A DNA stretch of 64,000 nt from an uncultured Gemmatimonadales bacterium. GTDB taxonomy: Bacteria; Gemmatimonadota; Gemmatimonadetes; Gemmatimonadales; Gemmatimonadaceae. The position numbers were made by a program, and so were the translations under genes. The DNA is taken from positions 11,670 to 75,669 of the forward strand of contig CAVSUQ010000011.1 of the NCBI GenBank assembly GCA_963731305.1, read 5' to 3'. Positions 11,890-20,545 of the stretch are shown here, one piece after another; the stretch's first letter is position 1, and the number at the start of each line of letters is the position of its first letter. The notes under the pieces were generated by a model that was given only the letters and a program-made list of their open reading frames with translations, searched no databases and was not told the DNA's origin.

Positions 11890-14252
11890 CCGAGAATCTT
11901 GTCGAGGGTGATTGGAAGATCACGAACGCGCTTGCCGGTTGCGTGATAGACTGCGTTCGCGAGCGATGCCGCCACACCTGTTATTCCAATCTCGCCGCCG
12001 CCTTTCACGCCGATGGGGTTCACGTATGCGTCGTGCTCGTCCACCAACGTCGCATCGATGGTTCCTATGTCAGCATTCACAGGAACCTGATACTCGGCGA
12101 GATCCGAGTTCACATAACGGCCCATGCGCGGGTCGATCAGGGTTTCTTCGAGGAGTGCCATGCCGATTCCCCACACGACGCCGCCGATTATCTGGCTCTG
12201 CAAGGTCTTTGCGTTGAGCACGCGACCAACCGCGTGCGCAGTTACAACTCGGGGAACACGAATCTCGCCCACATCCGGATCGACGTGCACTTCGGTGAGA
12301 ACCGTGCCGAAGGAATGCATCGAGTATTCCTTCTGCTCCGGCCCGGGCGTCGAGTCGACGCGAACTTCGACAGGCGTGCCACCGTTACGCTTGACGACTG
12401 CTGAATAGTCATCGGAGCGCGACGGGGCGGATGCCAGCGACATGCGTCCGTTGTCGATGCGAACGTCGGCTGCAGTTGCGCCATGGAGCGGTGACTGCGC
12501 ATCGGCGATCGCCATGCTCACGATCTTCTCACGTGCAGCAACTGCGGCCTTGTAGACAGAGGTGCCCGCCGAGGCAGCGGTGAGCGAGCCTGCGGACAGG
12601 GGTGCCGGTGGCATGTCCGTGTCGCCGAGCTCGAAGCGAACATGGTCCGGTGCGAGTCCGAGGGCGTCGGCGGCAATCTGAGTCATGATCGTGTAGGTGC
12701 CGCAACCAATCTCCTGAGTACCGCAACGTACCCACGCGTTGCCGTCGGGAAGAACGGTTACGGACGTGGATGAAGCGACAGTGCGTGCGGGATAGGTGCC
12801 AGTCGCCATACCCCAGCCCACGAGCATGCGACCGTCGCGCATCGAGCGAGGTACAGGGTTGCGCTTGCTCCATCCAAAGCGTTCGGTGGCGATCTGGTAG
12901 CACTGCCGCAGTGACTTGCTCGACCATGGCTTACCACTCTGCGGGTCATGCTCGGCGTAGTTGCGCAGGCGCAACTCGACCGGATCCATGTTGAGCGCCA
13001 CTGCAAGCTCATCCATCGCGCTCTCGAGCGCGTAAGTGCCGGTCGATTCGCCCGGTGCGCGCATGAACGTCGGCGATCCAACATTGAGTCGCACGATTGC
13101 GTGGTCGGTCACCGCGTTGGGTGAGGTATACAGCATGCGCGTCTGGAGCGCCGACGGCTCGAGCCAATCCTCGATCATCGAAGAGTTGGAAGTGCTCACA
13201 TGACGAATCGCCGTGAGCTGTCCGTCACGCGTTGCACCGAGCGTCACGTGCTGGATCGTGCGCGGGCGACCGCCGACGGGACCAAACTGTTGTCGGCGCG
13301 TCAATACCAGCTTGACCGGGCGACCCGTCTGCTTCGCGGCCATTGCCGCGAGCATCACGTGCGACCACGGGCCACCCTTGCTACCGAACCCGCCGCCTGT
13401 GAATGGAGACAGAACACGCACATTTTCGGGCGGCATCGAGAACGTCCGCGCGACCGTGCTGCGCACGCTGAAGACGCCCTGCGTCGAATCGTACAACGTG
13501 AGCTTGTCGCCGTCCCAGACTGCCACGGTGTTGTGCGGCTCCATCGGGTTGTGGGTCTCGAACGGTGTGGTGTAGGTATGGTCCACACGCACCGTGGCGT
13601 CGCGCAGGCCTGCGTCGAAGTCGCCTCGCGTGGTGGCACGTGGCTCGTCGCCGGTTGGATGCACGGCGTCACCCGGAGCTCGTGGACCAGTGGCCATGTC
13701 GAGCTCGGCGTGAGTCGCTGCGTAGGTGGTGATGACAAGCGGTACGGCTGCCATTGCGTGCTCGAACGTGTCAGCCACAACGACTCCAATCGGCTGCCCG
13801 TTGTAGAAGACGCGGTCGTCCTGCAGCAGAGTAGGAATGCGCTGCGGCGGTGGCCGCTTGGCGCCTGACTGTCCGCCCGACTGTCCTCCACTGGACTCCC
13901 CGCCGCCCTGGCCTGATTGACTGCTCTGACCGCTCTGCTGACCCGAAGATGAGTCGGAATGTTCCGCCGAGCCGCCGGCCGGTTTCGGTGCGCCAGGCAG
14001 GCGCATCGCGTTCTCCGGTGTGATGACGGCGATCACACCCGGCGCGCGGAGTGCCGCGCTCGTATCCATATGAGTGATGCGGCCAGCGGGTATCGTGCTC
14101 GTGATCATCACTGCATGTACGGCACCGCGGACCGGCATCTCCGAGGCATACGTAGCCGCGCCGCGCACCTTGAGCGGTCCATCGACGCGCTCCATCGGAG
14201 CGCCGACACTCGGCGCAAGTGTATCCTGTGATTCGCCCGAGCTGTTACTCAT
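11886..14252 (-). CDS. paoC: Molybdopterin-binding large subunit of a xanthine dehydrogenase-family oxidoreductase (PaoC-like)
   Basis: 788-aa intact ORF with typical aldehyde oxidase/XDH a/b-hammerhead and Mo-binding regions (MGGGFG-type FTGGGFGSKG, GTQEIGCGTYT, GVKGGGEIG). It carries a Gly/Ser/Gln low-complexity insertion at aa 88-137. Confidence 0.85.
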   Translation of the reverse strand: MSNSSGESQDTLAPSVGAPMERVDGPLKVRGAATYASEMPVRGAVHAVMITSTIPAGRITHMDTSAALRAPGVIAVITPENAMRLPGAPKPAGGSAEHSDSSSGQQSGQSSQSGQGGGESSGGQSGGQSGAKRPPPQRIPTLLQDDRVFYNGQPIGVVVADTFEHAMAAVPLVITTYAATHAELDMATGPRAPGDAVHPTGDEPRATTRGDFDAGLRDATVRVDHTYTTPFETHNPMEPHNTVAVWDGDKLTLYDSTQGVFSVRSTVARTFSMPPENVRVLSPFTGGGFGSKGGPWSHVMLAAMAAKQTGRPVKLVLTRRQQFGPVGGRPRTIQHVTLGATRDGQLTAIRHVSTSNSSMIEDWLEPSALQTRMLYTSPNAVTDHAIVRLNVGSPTFMRAPGESTGTYALESAMDELAVALNMDPVELRLRNYAEHDPQSGKPWSSKSLRQCYQIATERFGWSKRNPVPRSMRDGRMLVGWGMATGTYPARTVASSTSVTVLPDGNAWVRCGTQEIGCGTYTIMTQIAADALGLAPDHVRFELGDTDMPPAPLSAGSLTAASAGTSVYKAAVAAREKIVSMAIADAQSPLHGATAADVRIDNGRMSLASAPSRSDDYSAVVKRNGGTPVEVRVDSTPGPEQKEYSMHSFGTVLTEVHVDPDVGEIRVPRVVTAHAVGRVLNAKTLQSQIIGGVVWGIGMALLEETLIDPRMGRYVNSDLAEYQVPVNADIGTIDATLVDEHDAYVNPIGVKGGGEIGITGVAASLANAVYHATGKRVRDLPITLDKILG

Positions 14253-15256
14253 GCTGTCACCTCCGTCAGCGCGCGCACAAGCGTTCGCTTCGCGAGCTCG
14301 ATCTTGTAGTTGTTCTCGCCACGCGGCACCGCGCCGCGCAGCGCAACCTCAGCGGCAGCGCGGTAGCTCGACTCGTTTGCGGGTTTTCCGACGAGTGCCT
14401 GCTCGGCTTCTCTCGATCGCCACGGCTTGGTGGCGATTCCACCGAGTGCGATGCGGCAGTCGTGGATCGTACCATCGCGCAGGTCCACGGCGACAGCGGC
14501 CGATGCAAGTGCGAACGCGTAGCTCGCACGGTCGCGTACCTTGCGGTAAAGCGACCGCTTGCCGTAAGCGAGCGCCGGAACGTCGATCGCGGTGATCAAG
14601 TCACCGGGCCGCAGCACGTTCTCTCGATCCGGATGGTCATCCGGAACAAGGTGAAATTCCGTGAACGGAATTGTGCGCTCGACTGCCTGGGTGCCCGATC
14701 CGGGTCCCTGTACGTGGACCACAGCGTCCAGTGCGGCGAGTGCGACGCAGAGGTCGGACGGATGCGTCGCAATGCAGTGATCGCTTCCGCCGAGGACAGC
14801 GTGGATGCGATTGATGCCGTGGAGCGCCGAGCATCCCGATCCTGGATCGCGCTTGTTGCAGGGAGTTGCAGTATCGCGAAAGTAGTAGCAGCGTGTGCGC
14901 TGCAGCACGTTGCCGCCGATCGACGCCATGTTCCGGATCTGACCGGACGCCGCGAGCAGGAGAGACTGGCTCAGAACGGGATAGCCGTCGCGCACGCGCG
15001 GATCCCACGCAGTGTCGCTCATTCGCGCGAGCGCGCCGATGCGGAGACCGCCGCCTGGGAGATCGATGACCTTCGCAAGATTCGGATCGCTCGCCGGTAG
15101 CGAGTTGACGTCTACCACATGCGTTGGCGTCTCGACACCGAGCTTCATCAAGTCGATCAGTGTTGTTCCGCCCGCGACGAACCGTGCATGAGAGTCGCTG
15201 CCTGCCCGTATCGCTTCGGCGACATCGCGTGCGCGTGTGTAGTCGAACGAGTTCAT
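14249..15256 (-). CDS. paoB: FAD-binding subunit of the XDH-family oxidoreductase (PaoB-like)
   Basis: Start MNSFDYTRARDVAEAIRA (ATG at 15256). FAD_binding_5-type sequence FVAGGTTLIDLMK. 4-nt overlaps with both neighbours. Confidence 0.8.
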   Translation of the reverse strand: MNSFDYTRARDVAEAIRAGSDSHARFVAGGTTLIDLMKLGVETPTHVVDVNSLPASDPNLAKVIDLPGGGLRIGALARMSDTAWDPRVRDGYPVLSQSLLLAASGQIRNMASIGGNVLQRTRCYYFRDTATPCNKRDPGSGCSALHGINRIHAVLGGSDHCIATHPSDLCVALAALDAVVHVQGPGSGTQAVERTIPFTEFHLVPDDHPDRENVLRPGDLITAIDVPALAYGKRSLYRKVRDRASYAFALASAAVAVDLRDGTIHDCRIALGGIATKPWRSREAEQALVGKPANESSYRAAAEVALRGAVPRGENNYKIELAKRTLVRALTEVTA

Positions 15257-15903
15257 GCGTCTTTCCTCGTGCCGTTGTGTTTGCGCACTTCCTGCACCGC
15301 CGCGACGATGCCCGGATATGCGCCGCACCGACAGATGTTGCCGCTCATTGCTTCCTTGACGTCGCTGTCATCCGGCCCCCACGGCTCGTTGACCATTGCC
15401 GTGGCCGACATGATCTGGCCCGGGGTGCAGTAGCCGCACTGGAAGCCGTCGTGCGCGAGGAATGCACGCTGCATCGGATGGAGCGCACGCGTGTCGGTCT
15501 CGGGACCGGTCGCAAGTCCTTCGATCGTGGTTACGGCTTTCCCTTGCGCCATCATCGCCAGGGTCAGACACGACAGCACTCGTCGATCGTCGATATGAAC
15601 CGTACAGGCGCCGCACTGACCGTGGTCGCATCCCTTCTTGCTGCCTGTGAGGCCAGCGTACTCGCGCAGCGCGTCGAGCAGCGTCACGCGCGGCTCGATT
15701 GTCAGTGGAATGTTCCTTCCGTTGACGTTTAGTGTGACAGCCATCGCCGATCCCGGCGCCTGATCATCCATGGGCATCTCCGTGCTTGCCGTCGCGGTCC
15801 GCGCGAGCGGTGGAAGCATCAACACGACGCCAGCGGCGAGAACCGTTGCGACAAACTCGCGTCTCGTCCATGTAGACGATCTTGCGCTCGCGGGTCGCTG
15901 CAT
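15253..15903 (-). CDS. paoA: (2Fe-2S)-binding small subunit with twin-arginine signal (PaoA-like, periplasmic)
   Basis: Tat motif TRREFVATVLAAGVVL. 2Fe-2S motifs CDHGQCGACTV and CGYCTPG...CRCG. Confidence 0.85.
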   Translation of the reverse strand: MQRPASARSSTWTRREFVATVLAAGVVLMLPPLARTATASTEMPMDDQAPGSAMAVTLNVNGRNIPLTIEPRVTLLDALREYAGLTGSKKGCDHGQCGACTVHIDDRRVLSCLTLAMMAQGKAVTTIEGLATGPETDTRALHPMQRAFLAHDGFQCGYCTPGQIMSATAMVNEPWGPDDSDVKEAMSGNICRCGAYPGIVAAVQEVRKHNGTRKDA

Positions 15904-16381
15904 TGAGCGAAGTCAGTGCTTCGAGTGCGGATGCGACAACGTCGGGGCGGGGAAGTGCGTGCGTGGCGGAATGACGCCAGCGAACGTTGCCGTCTCCGTC
16001 GAGCAGAACCACAGCAGGACGCGTGTCGACTCCGAACAGATTGCGCAGATCCGGCGAGTCGCTGACGATGATGGGAACCGAAACCGTGTCGTCGCCAGCG
16101 AAGGCGAGCGCGTGCCACGGCGCATCCGGCGCGATGCTGACGAGCCGTCCGCCGCCGTGCGGGATGTGCGCGACTATACGGTTGTATGCTTCCACCAGCT
16201 CGACGCGGGCGGGATCCCATTCCGGAGTGTGGAAGACGAGCACCACGGGCGAGCCGCGGAAGTCCGACAGCCGGTGTCGCGTGCCGGTGGCATCGAGAAA
16301 GATGGCAGCCGCAGACTCGTGTCCCGGCACTCCGTCGGGGAGCGTCTCAGACGCCTTGTTCTGGTTGAGCATCGACCTCAC
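15764..16381 (-). CDS. Redoxin/AhpC-TSA-like thioredoxin-fold protein lacking the catalytic Cys
   Basis: FRGSPVVLVFHTPEWDPARVELVEAY aligns to the peroxiredoxin FYPxDWxPVC region, but with Ala in place of Cys. The ORF tail overlaps paoA by about 140 nt, so the 3' end is uncertain. Confidence 0.5.
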   Translation of the reverse strand: MRSMLNQNKASETLPDGVPGHESAAAIFLDATGTRHRLSDFRGSPVVLVFHTPEWDPARVELVEAYNRIVAHIPHGGGRLVSIAPDAPWHALAFAGDDTVSVPIIVSDSPDLRNLFGVDTRPAVVLLDGDGNVRWRHSATHALPRPDVVASALEALTSLNAATRERKIVYMDETRVCRNGSRRWRRVDASTARADRDGKHGDAHG

Positions 16382-16486
16382 CTCAGGTACGGCCGGCGCG
16401 TGGTCGGTCGTTCGGTTGGGGAGATGTATGCAAATCCGGTGCGTGCTGTTCAGGGAGCCGCGAATGACCCGAACTGCGGCAGATCG

Positions 16487-17542
16487 CTACCCGGTTGCAG
16501 CGCCCCGCGGCTCACCCGCCGGCGCAGTTCCGTATTCCTGAGCGTACATCTGGCTCACGCGGATCGCGTAGGAAAGCAGCAGCGGTCCCAGGATCAGTCC
16601 GAGTAAACCGAAGAGACGGAGCCCGCAGAGCACGCCAAGCAGTGTGATGAGCGGATGCAGCTGCGCGTATCGCCTGAAGACGAGCGGGCTTACGAAGCTC
16701 GTGATGTTTCCTGCGACGCCGCCCGAGCCAACCGCCATGACGACCGCCGAGATCGGCTCGTGCCGGAAGAAGAGAAACAACGTTGCCGGCAGCCACACCG
16801 CGGTGCTTCCGATGACCGGGATGACTGATGTTATCGCAGCTGCCACTCCCCAGAAGAGCGCGTTCGGAAGCCCGACAAAATAGAAAAGCATGCCGATGAT
16901 CCCGCCCTGGAGACCTGCGACGAGCGACATCCCGATGACAGTCGCGAGCGTCACGCCCTTGAAGTGGGTGAGCAGCTCGTCACTGTGCTCGGAGCTGAAT
17001 GGAATCAGCGGCTTTACGCGGATCCAGAGGCCCTTCCGGCCAGGCAGAAGAAAGGCAAGGCACAGGCAGGCGATTGCGAATTGCAGGAGACCGCCCGCAA
17101 GGCTGCTCGCAAGATCGAAAGCCTTGCCGGAGCTCCAGGCGATAAGTGTCCCGCTCCCTTCGGCGATTCGCGTCCCGATATCTATCCCCCCGACTTTGAC
17201 GCGCGCATATGCCGCGAGCTCGGGACTGTGCTGCGCGTTGAAAAAGACCTGTTGCGCCTGTCCCGTGAGCTCCAGGCCGAGCCACGTCAGCGGAAGCACC
17301 ACGAGGCCAAGCATCAACAGGATGATGATGGTTGTCGCGAGCGCGCCGGACATGTAGCGCTTCAGTCTATCGTAGAGCGGTTGGGTGAGGATGCAGAGCA
17401 CAAAGGCCGATAGAATCCCGACCGAAAATGGAAGCAGAGCGTACACCGCCCCCGCTATCAGAATGAGAACGACAAGCGTCGCCCGGTCGCGCGGTACGTC
17501 GAGGACTCGCATTGGGCGTGGTGTGAGGGAGGGGCCAGACAT
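16487..17542 (-). CDS. AI-2E family transporter (PerM-like), intact paralogue
   Basis: 351 aa and multi-TM. Conserved ITSVIPVIGSTAVWLPATLFLFF...HPLITLLGVLCGLRLFGLLGLILGPLLL. Confidence 0.8.
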   Translation of the reverse strand: MSGPSLTPRPMRVLDVPRDRATLVVLILIAGAVYALLPFSVGILSAFVLCILTQPLYDRLKRYMSGALATTIIILLMLGLVVLPLTWLGLELTGQAQQVFFNAQHSPELAAYARVKVGGIDIGTRIAEGSGTLIAWSSGKAFDLASSLAGGLLQFAIACLCLAFLLPGRKGLWIRVKPLIPFSSEHSDELLTHFKGVTLATVIGMSLVAGLQGGIIGMLFYFVGLPNALFWGVAAAITSVIPVIGSTAVWLPATLFLFFRHEPISAVVMAVGSGGVAGNITSFVSPLVFRRYAQLHPLITLLGVLCGLRLFGLLGLILGPLLLSYAIRVSQMYAQEYGTAPAGEPRGAATG

Positions 17543-17735
17543 TCCGCCAGGATACCGTCTTGGCCCGCTGTAGAATGTGCCTCGTCGCGGTTTGCGTCAA
17601 GCTGAAGCCGCCCGTGAGCCAGCGGTGTGATGCAATTGCCTGCCGTCCCGTTGACATTTCGCGCCCACGGCACACGTTTGGTCGGCGTAAGTACGAGACA
17701 ACTATTATTGCTGCGCTGCCGCGCACTGGGGACCA

Positions 17736-20339
17736 ATGTCGATTCTCGCTCGGATCACGACCTGCGTGGCCGCACTGGCGGTCGCAGTTCCTGCTGGCGC
17801 TCAGGGCGTCGCGTCGCCGCAGGGATATCAGGAGCCACCTGAGTCCATCCGCCGCATTCTGGACGCCCCGCCCGCCGCGACGGGCAGCGTCAGCCCTGAT
17901 GGCAAGTGGATAGTGATCGCGGCGCGCGAGCCGGCGGTGACGACCATCGCGGATATGGCGGAGCCGACGCTCTATCTCGCAGGTCGCAGGTTTCATCCCA
18001 TCGCGAGCTACAGGGTGGACACCGTAGGGATTCGGTCGATGCGCTTGAGGCCGGTTTCGGGGAGCGCGGCAAAGCCGATTCCAGTGCCGACAGGAGGACG
18101 AATCGCACAGTATGCTTGGAGTCCCGACGGTCGCACGATCGTGTACACGATCGTAGATCACGCGCTGGGAACGGGCATCAAGCTGTTTCCCGTCTCCACA
18201 GCAACCGAGATACCGGTTTCGGCCTCGGGCCTGCACGGCAAGCTCGGCGCACCGCTCTGGTCGCACGACGGCAAGTACGTCGCGTTGACCGAAGCGACGC
18301 GCAACGGAACCGCGCTCTGGCTGGTGAATGTTGCGACGCATACAGCGAAGCGCATTACACCGTACGCGATCAACACGGTGACGGGCGGATGTGATTGGCT
18401 GTCGAAGGCGCCGCAGCTCATCTGCATCATGAACGTTCCAACACGCGGCGCACCGCCTGCGGAAGGCGCAGCTCCTACCGGTCCAATCATACAGGAATCA
18501 GACGGGCGTGCGGCACCTGTGCGCACCATCGAGTACCTACTCAAGAATCAGCACGACGAAGCGCTGTTCGATTACTACTTCACCAATCAGATCACTCTCG
18601 TCACGCCCGATGGCGCGAGTAGAAACGTGGGCACGCCGGGAATTCACACGCGCGTCGACCCGTCGCCGGACGGCAAGTGGCTGCTCGTGCGCACCGTACA
18701 TCGGCCCTACTCTTATCAGGTAGACCTCAACGGCTTCCCGGAGCGCACCGAAGTGTGGTCGCTGGACGGGAAGGTTGCGCGCGCCATAGTCGATCGGCCA
18801 CTCACGGATAACGTTTCAAGCGCGCGCGATGCAGTCGCGGCGGGGATCCGTGTCGCGTCATGGCGGCCGGATGTGCCTGCTACTGTATTTACAGTAGAAG
18901 CGCTCGACGGCGGCGACGCGCGCAAGCAGATGGAGAAGCACGATCGCGTGAGCCTGATCTCGGCGCCATTCACGAGTGCGCCAGAGCCGTTCATGGATCT
19001 CGAGATGCGTTACCGCGGCATCACGTGGATGTATCCGGATCTGGCGCTGGTCAGCGAGGGGACATCGCGCACGGCGAGGCTGCGTACATGGGCGGTGAAT
19101 CCGTCGTCGCCATCGTCGGCACGCGTGCTGTTCGATAGGAACTCGGAGGATCGTTACGGCGACCCGGGCCGATTCGTGATGGTCTACGACTTCGCGAGCG
19201 ACAGGATGGTGCCGCTTCGGGCCGCCGACGGTCACACGATGTATCTCACCGGCGACGGCGCATCGCCCGAGGGCGACCGGCCGTTTCTTGATGCGATCGA
19301 CATGCAGAACGGCAGCACGCATCGCATCTGGCAGAATACCGGTGACCACTACGAATACGTTGCGTCGCTCACCGATCCCGATGGCAGGAGCTTCGTCACG
19401 AGACGCGAGTCACCAACCGAGCCGCCGAATTTCTTCCGGCGCGAGGCTGGGAGCGATGCAGCTACCAGGCTCACGGAGCTGGCCGATCCGGCGCCGGCGT
19501 TCGCCGGTGTCACGGGCAAGTTGATCACCTACACTCGCGCCGATGGTGTCAAGCTTTCGGCGACGATGTATCTACCGGCTGGCTACACGCCCTCACAGGG
19601 ACGGCTTCCATTCTTCTTCTGGGCCTATCCGCGCGAGTTCCTCTCCGCGGCCGCAGCGTCGGAAGTGCGCGGATCGCCGTACGAGTTCAAGCGACCGGTA
19701 CTGCCGCGCGACCGTCAGCTGCTGTTGCTCGCAGCGGGTTACGGAGTTCTGGACGGACCGTCGATGCCGATCGTTGCGAAGAATGGCAAGGAGTCGAACG
19801 ATAGTTACGTCGAGCAGCTCGTTGCGAGTGCGAAGGCAGCGATCGACGCGATCGATTCACTGGGTGTTGGCGATCCCAACCGCGTCGCGGTGGGTGGTCA
19901 CTCGTACGGCGCCTTCATGACCGCGAATCTGCTCGCGCATTCCACGCTGTTCCGCGCTGGTGTAGCCGAGAGCGGTGCGTACAACAGAACGCTCACGCCA
20001 TTCGGATTCCAGGCGGAGCCACGTACCTTCTGGCAGGCAGAGGATATCTACAGCACGATGTCGCCGTTTTATTATGCCGACAAGATCAAGACGCCAATCC
20101 TGTTGATTCACGGTGTGAACGACGACAACGACGGAACGTTCCCGATTCAGTCGGAGAGAATGTTCGCCGCCATCAAGGGGAACGGCGGTACGGTCAGATA
20201 CGTGCAGCTTCCGCTGGAGCCGCACGGCTACACGTCGCGCGAGAGCCTGCGACACGTGATGTGGGAGACGGTGACGTGGCTCGACAGGTACGTCAAGAAT
20301 CCGACTGAAAAAGCAGCTAGCACAGCCAGCGCCAACTAG
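17736..20339 (+). CDS. S9 family serine peptidase (prolyl oligopeptidase/glutamyl endopeptidase-like) with N-terminal beta-propeller
   Basis: 867 aa with a signal peptide. Catalytic GGHSYGAFM, plus IHGVNDDN and EPHGY (Ser-Asp-His order). Confidence 0.85.
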   Translation: MSILARITTCVAALAVAVPAGAQGVASPQGYQEPPESIRRILDAPPAATGSVSPDGKWIVIAAREPAVTTIADMAEPTLYLAGRRFHPIASYRVDTVGIRSMRLRPVSGSAAKPIPVPTGGRIAQYAWSPDGRTIVYTIVDHALGTGIKLFPVSTATEIPVSASGLHGKLGAPLWSHDGKYVALTEATRNGTALWLVNVATHTAKRITPYAINTVTGGCDWLSKAPQLICIMNVPTRGAPPAEGAAPTGPIIQESDGRAAPVRTIEYLLKNQHDEALFDYYFTNQITLVTPDGASRNVGTPGIHTRVDPSPDGKWLLVRTVHRPYSYQVDLNGFPERTEVWSLDGKVARAIVDRPLTDNVSSARDAVAAGIRVASWRPDVPATVFTVEALDGGDARKQMEKHDRVSLISAPFTSAPEPFMDLEMRYRGITWMYPDLALVSEGTSRTARLRTWAVNPSSPSSARVLFDRNSEDRYGDPGRFVMVYDFASDRMVPLRAADGHTMYLTGDGASPEGDRPFLDAIDMQNGSTHRIWQNTGDHYEYVASLTDPDGRSFVTRRESPTEPPNFFRREAGSDAATRLTELADPAPAFAGVTGKLITYTRADGVKLSATMYLPAGYTPSQGRLPFFFWAYPREFLSAAAASEVRGSPYEFKRPVLPRDRQLLLLAAGYGVLDGPSMPIVAKNGKESNDSYVEQLVASAKAAIDAIDSLGVGDPNRVAVGGHSYGAFMTANLLAHSTLFRAGVAESGAYNRTLTPFGFQAEPRTFWQAEDIYSTMSPFYYADKIKTPILLIHGVNDDNDGTFPIQSERMFAAIKGNGGTVRYVQLPLEPHGYTSRESLRHVMWETVTWLDRYVKNPTEKAASTASAN

Positions 20340-20355
20340 CACCGCCTTCTGAATC

Positions 20356-20400
20356 ACGCTCGTTGCGATCCGGAGTCCGGATCGCAACGAGCGTATTCTT
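20356..20400 (+). terminator. Rho-independent terminator after the S9 peptidase gene
   Basis: 18-bp perfect stem acgctcgttgcgatccgg (20356-20373) / ccggatcgcaacgagcgt (20377-20394) with a 3-nt loop, followed by the T-rich attcttcatttcc. Confidence 0.8.
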
Positions 20401-20415
20401 CATTTCCGGCGTCCG

Positions 20416-20430
20416 TAGGGGTTTCCCCTA
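20416..20430. promoter_or_regulatory. Palindromic operator candidate TAGGGG-TTT-CCCCTA upstream of the multicopper oxidase gene
   Basis: Perfect 6+3+6 palindrome in the intergenic region about 115 nt upstream of ATG 20546. The same half-sites occur at 38757-38771 upstream of nirK. Confidence 0.45.
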
Positions 20431-20545
20431 GCGACTTTCCAGTTTCTCCCGACTGAATGGATGAGTGATCGCAGGTAGGTTGCGGAAGGTCCTCCACAAC
20501 CCGGGAAAGAATATCGTGAGTAGATCGCCCATCAATTTCGAAACC

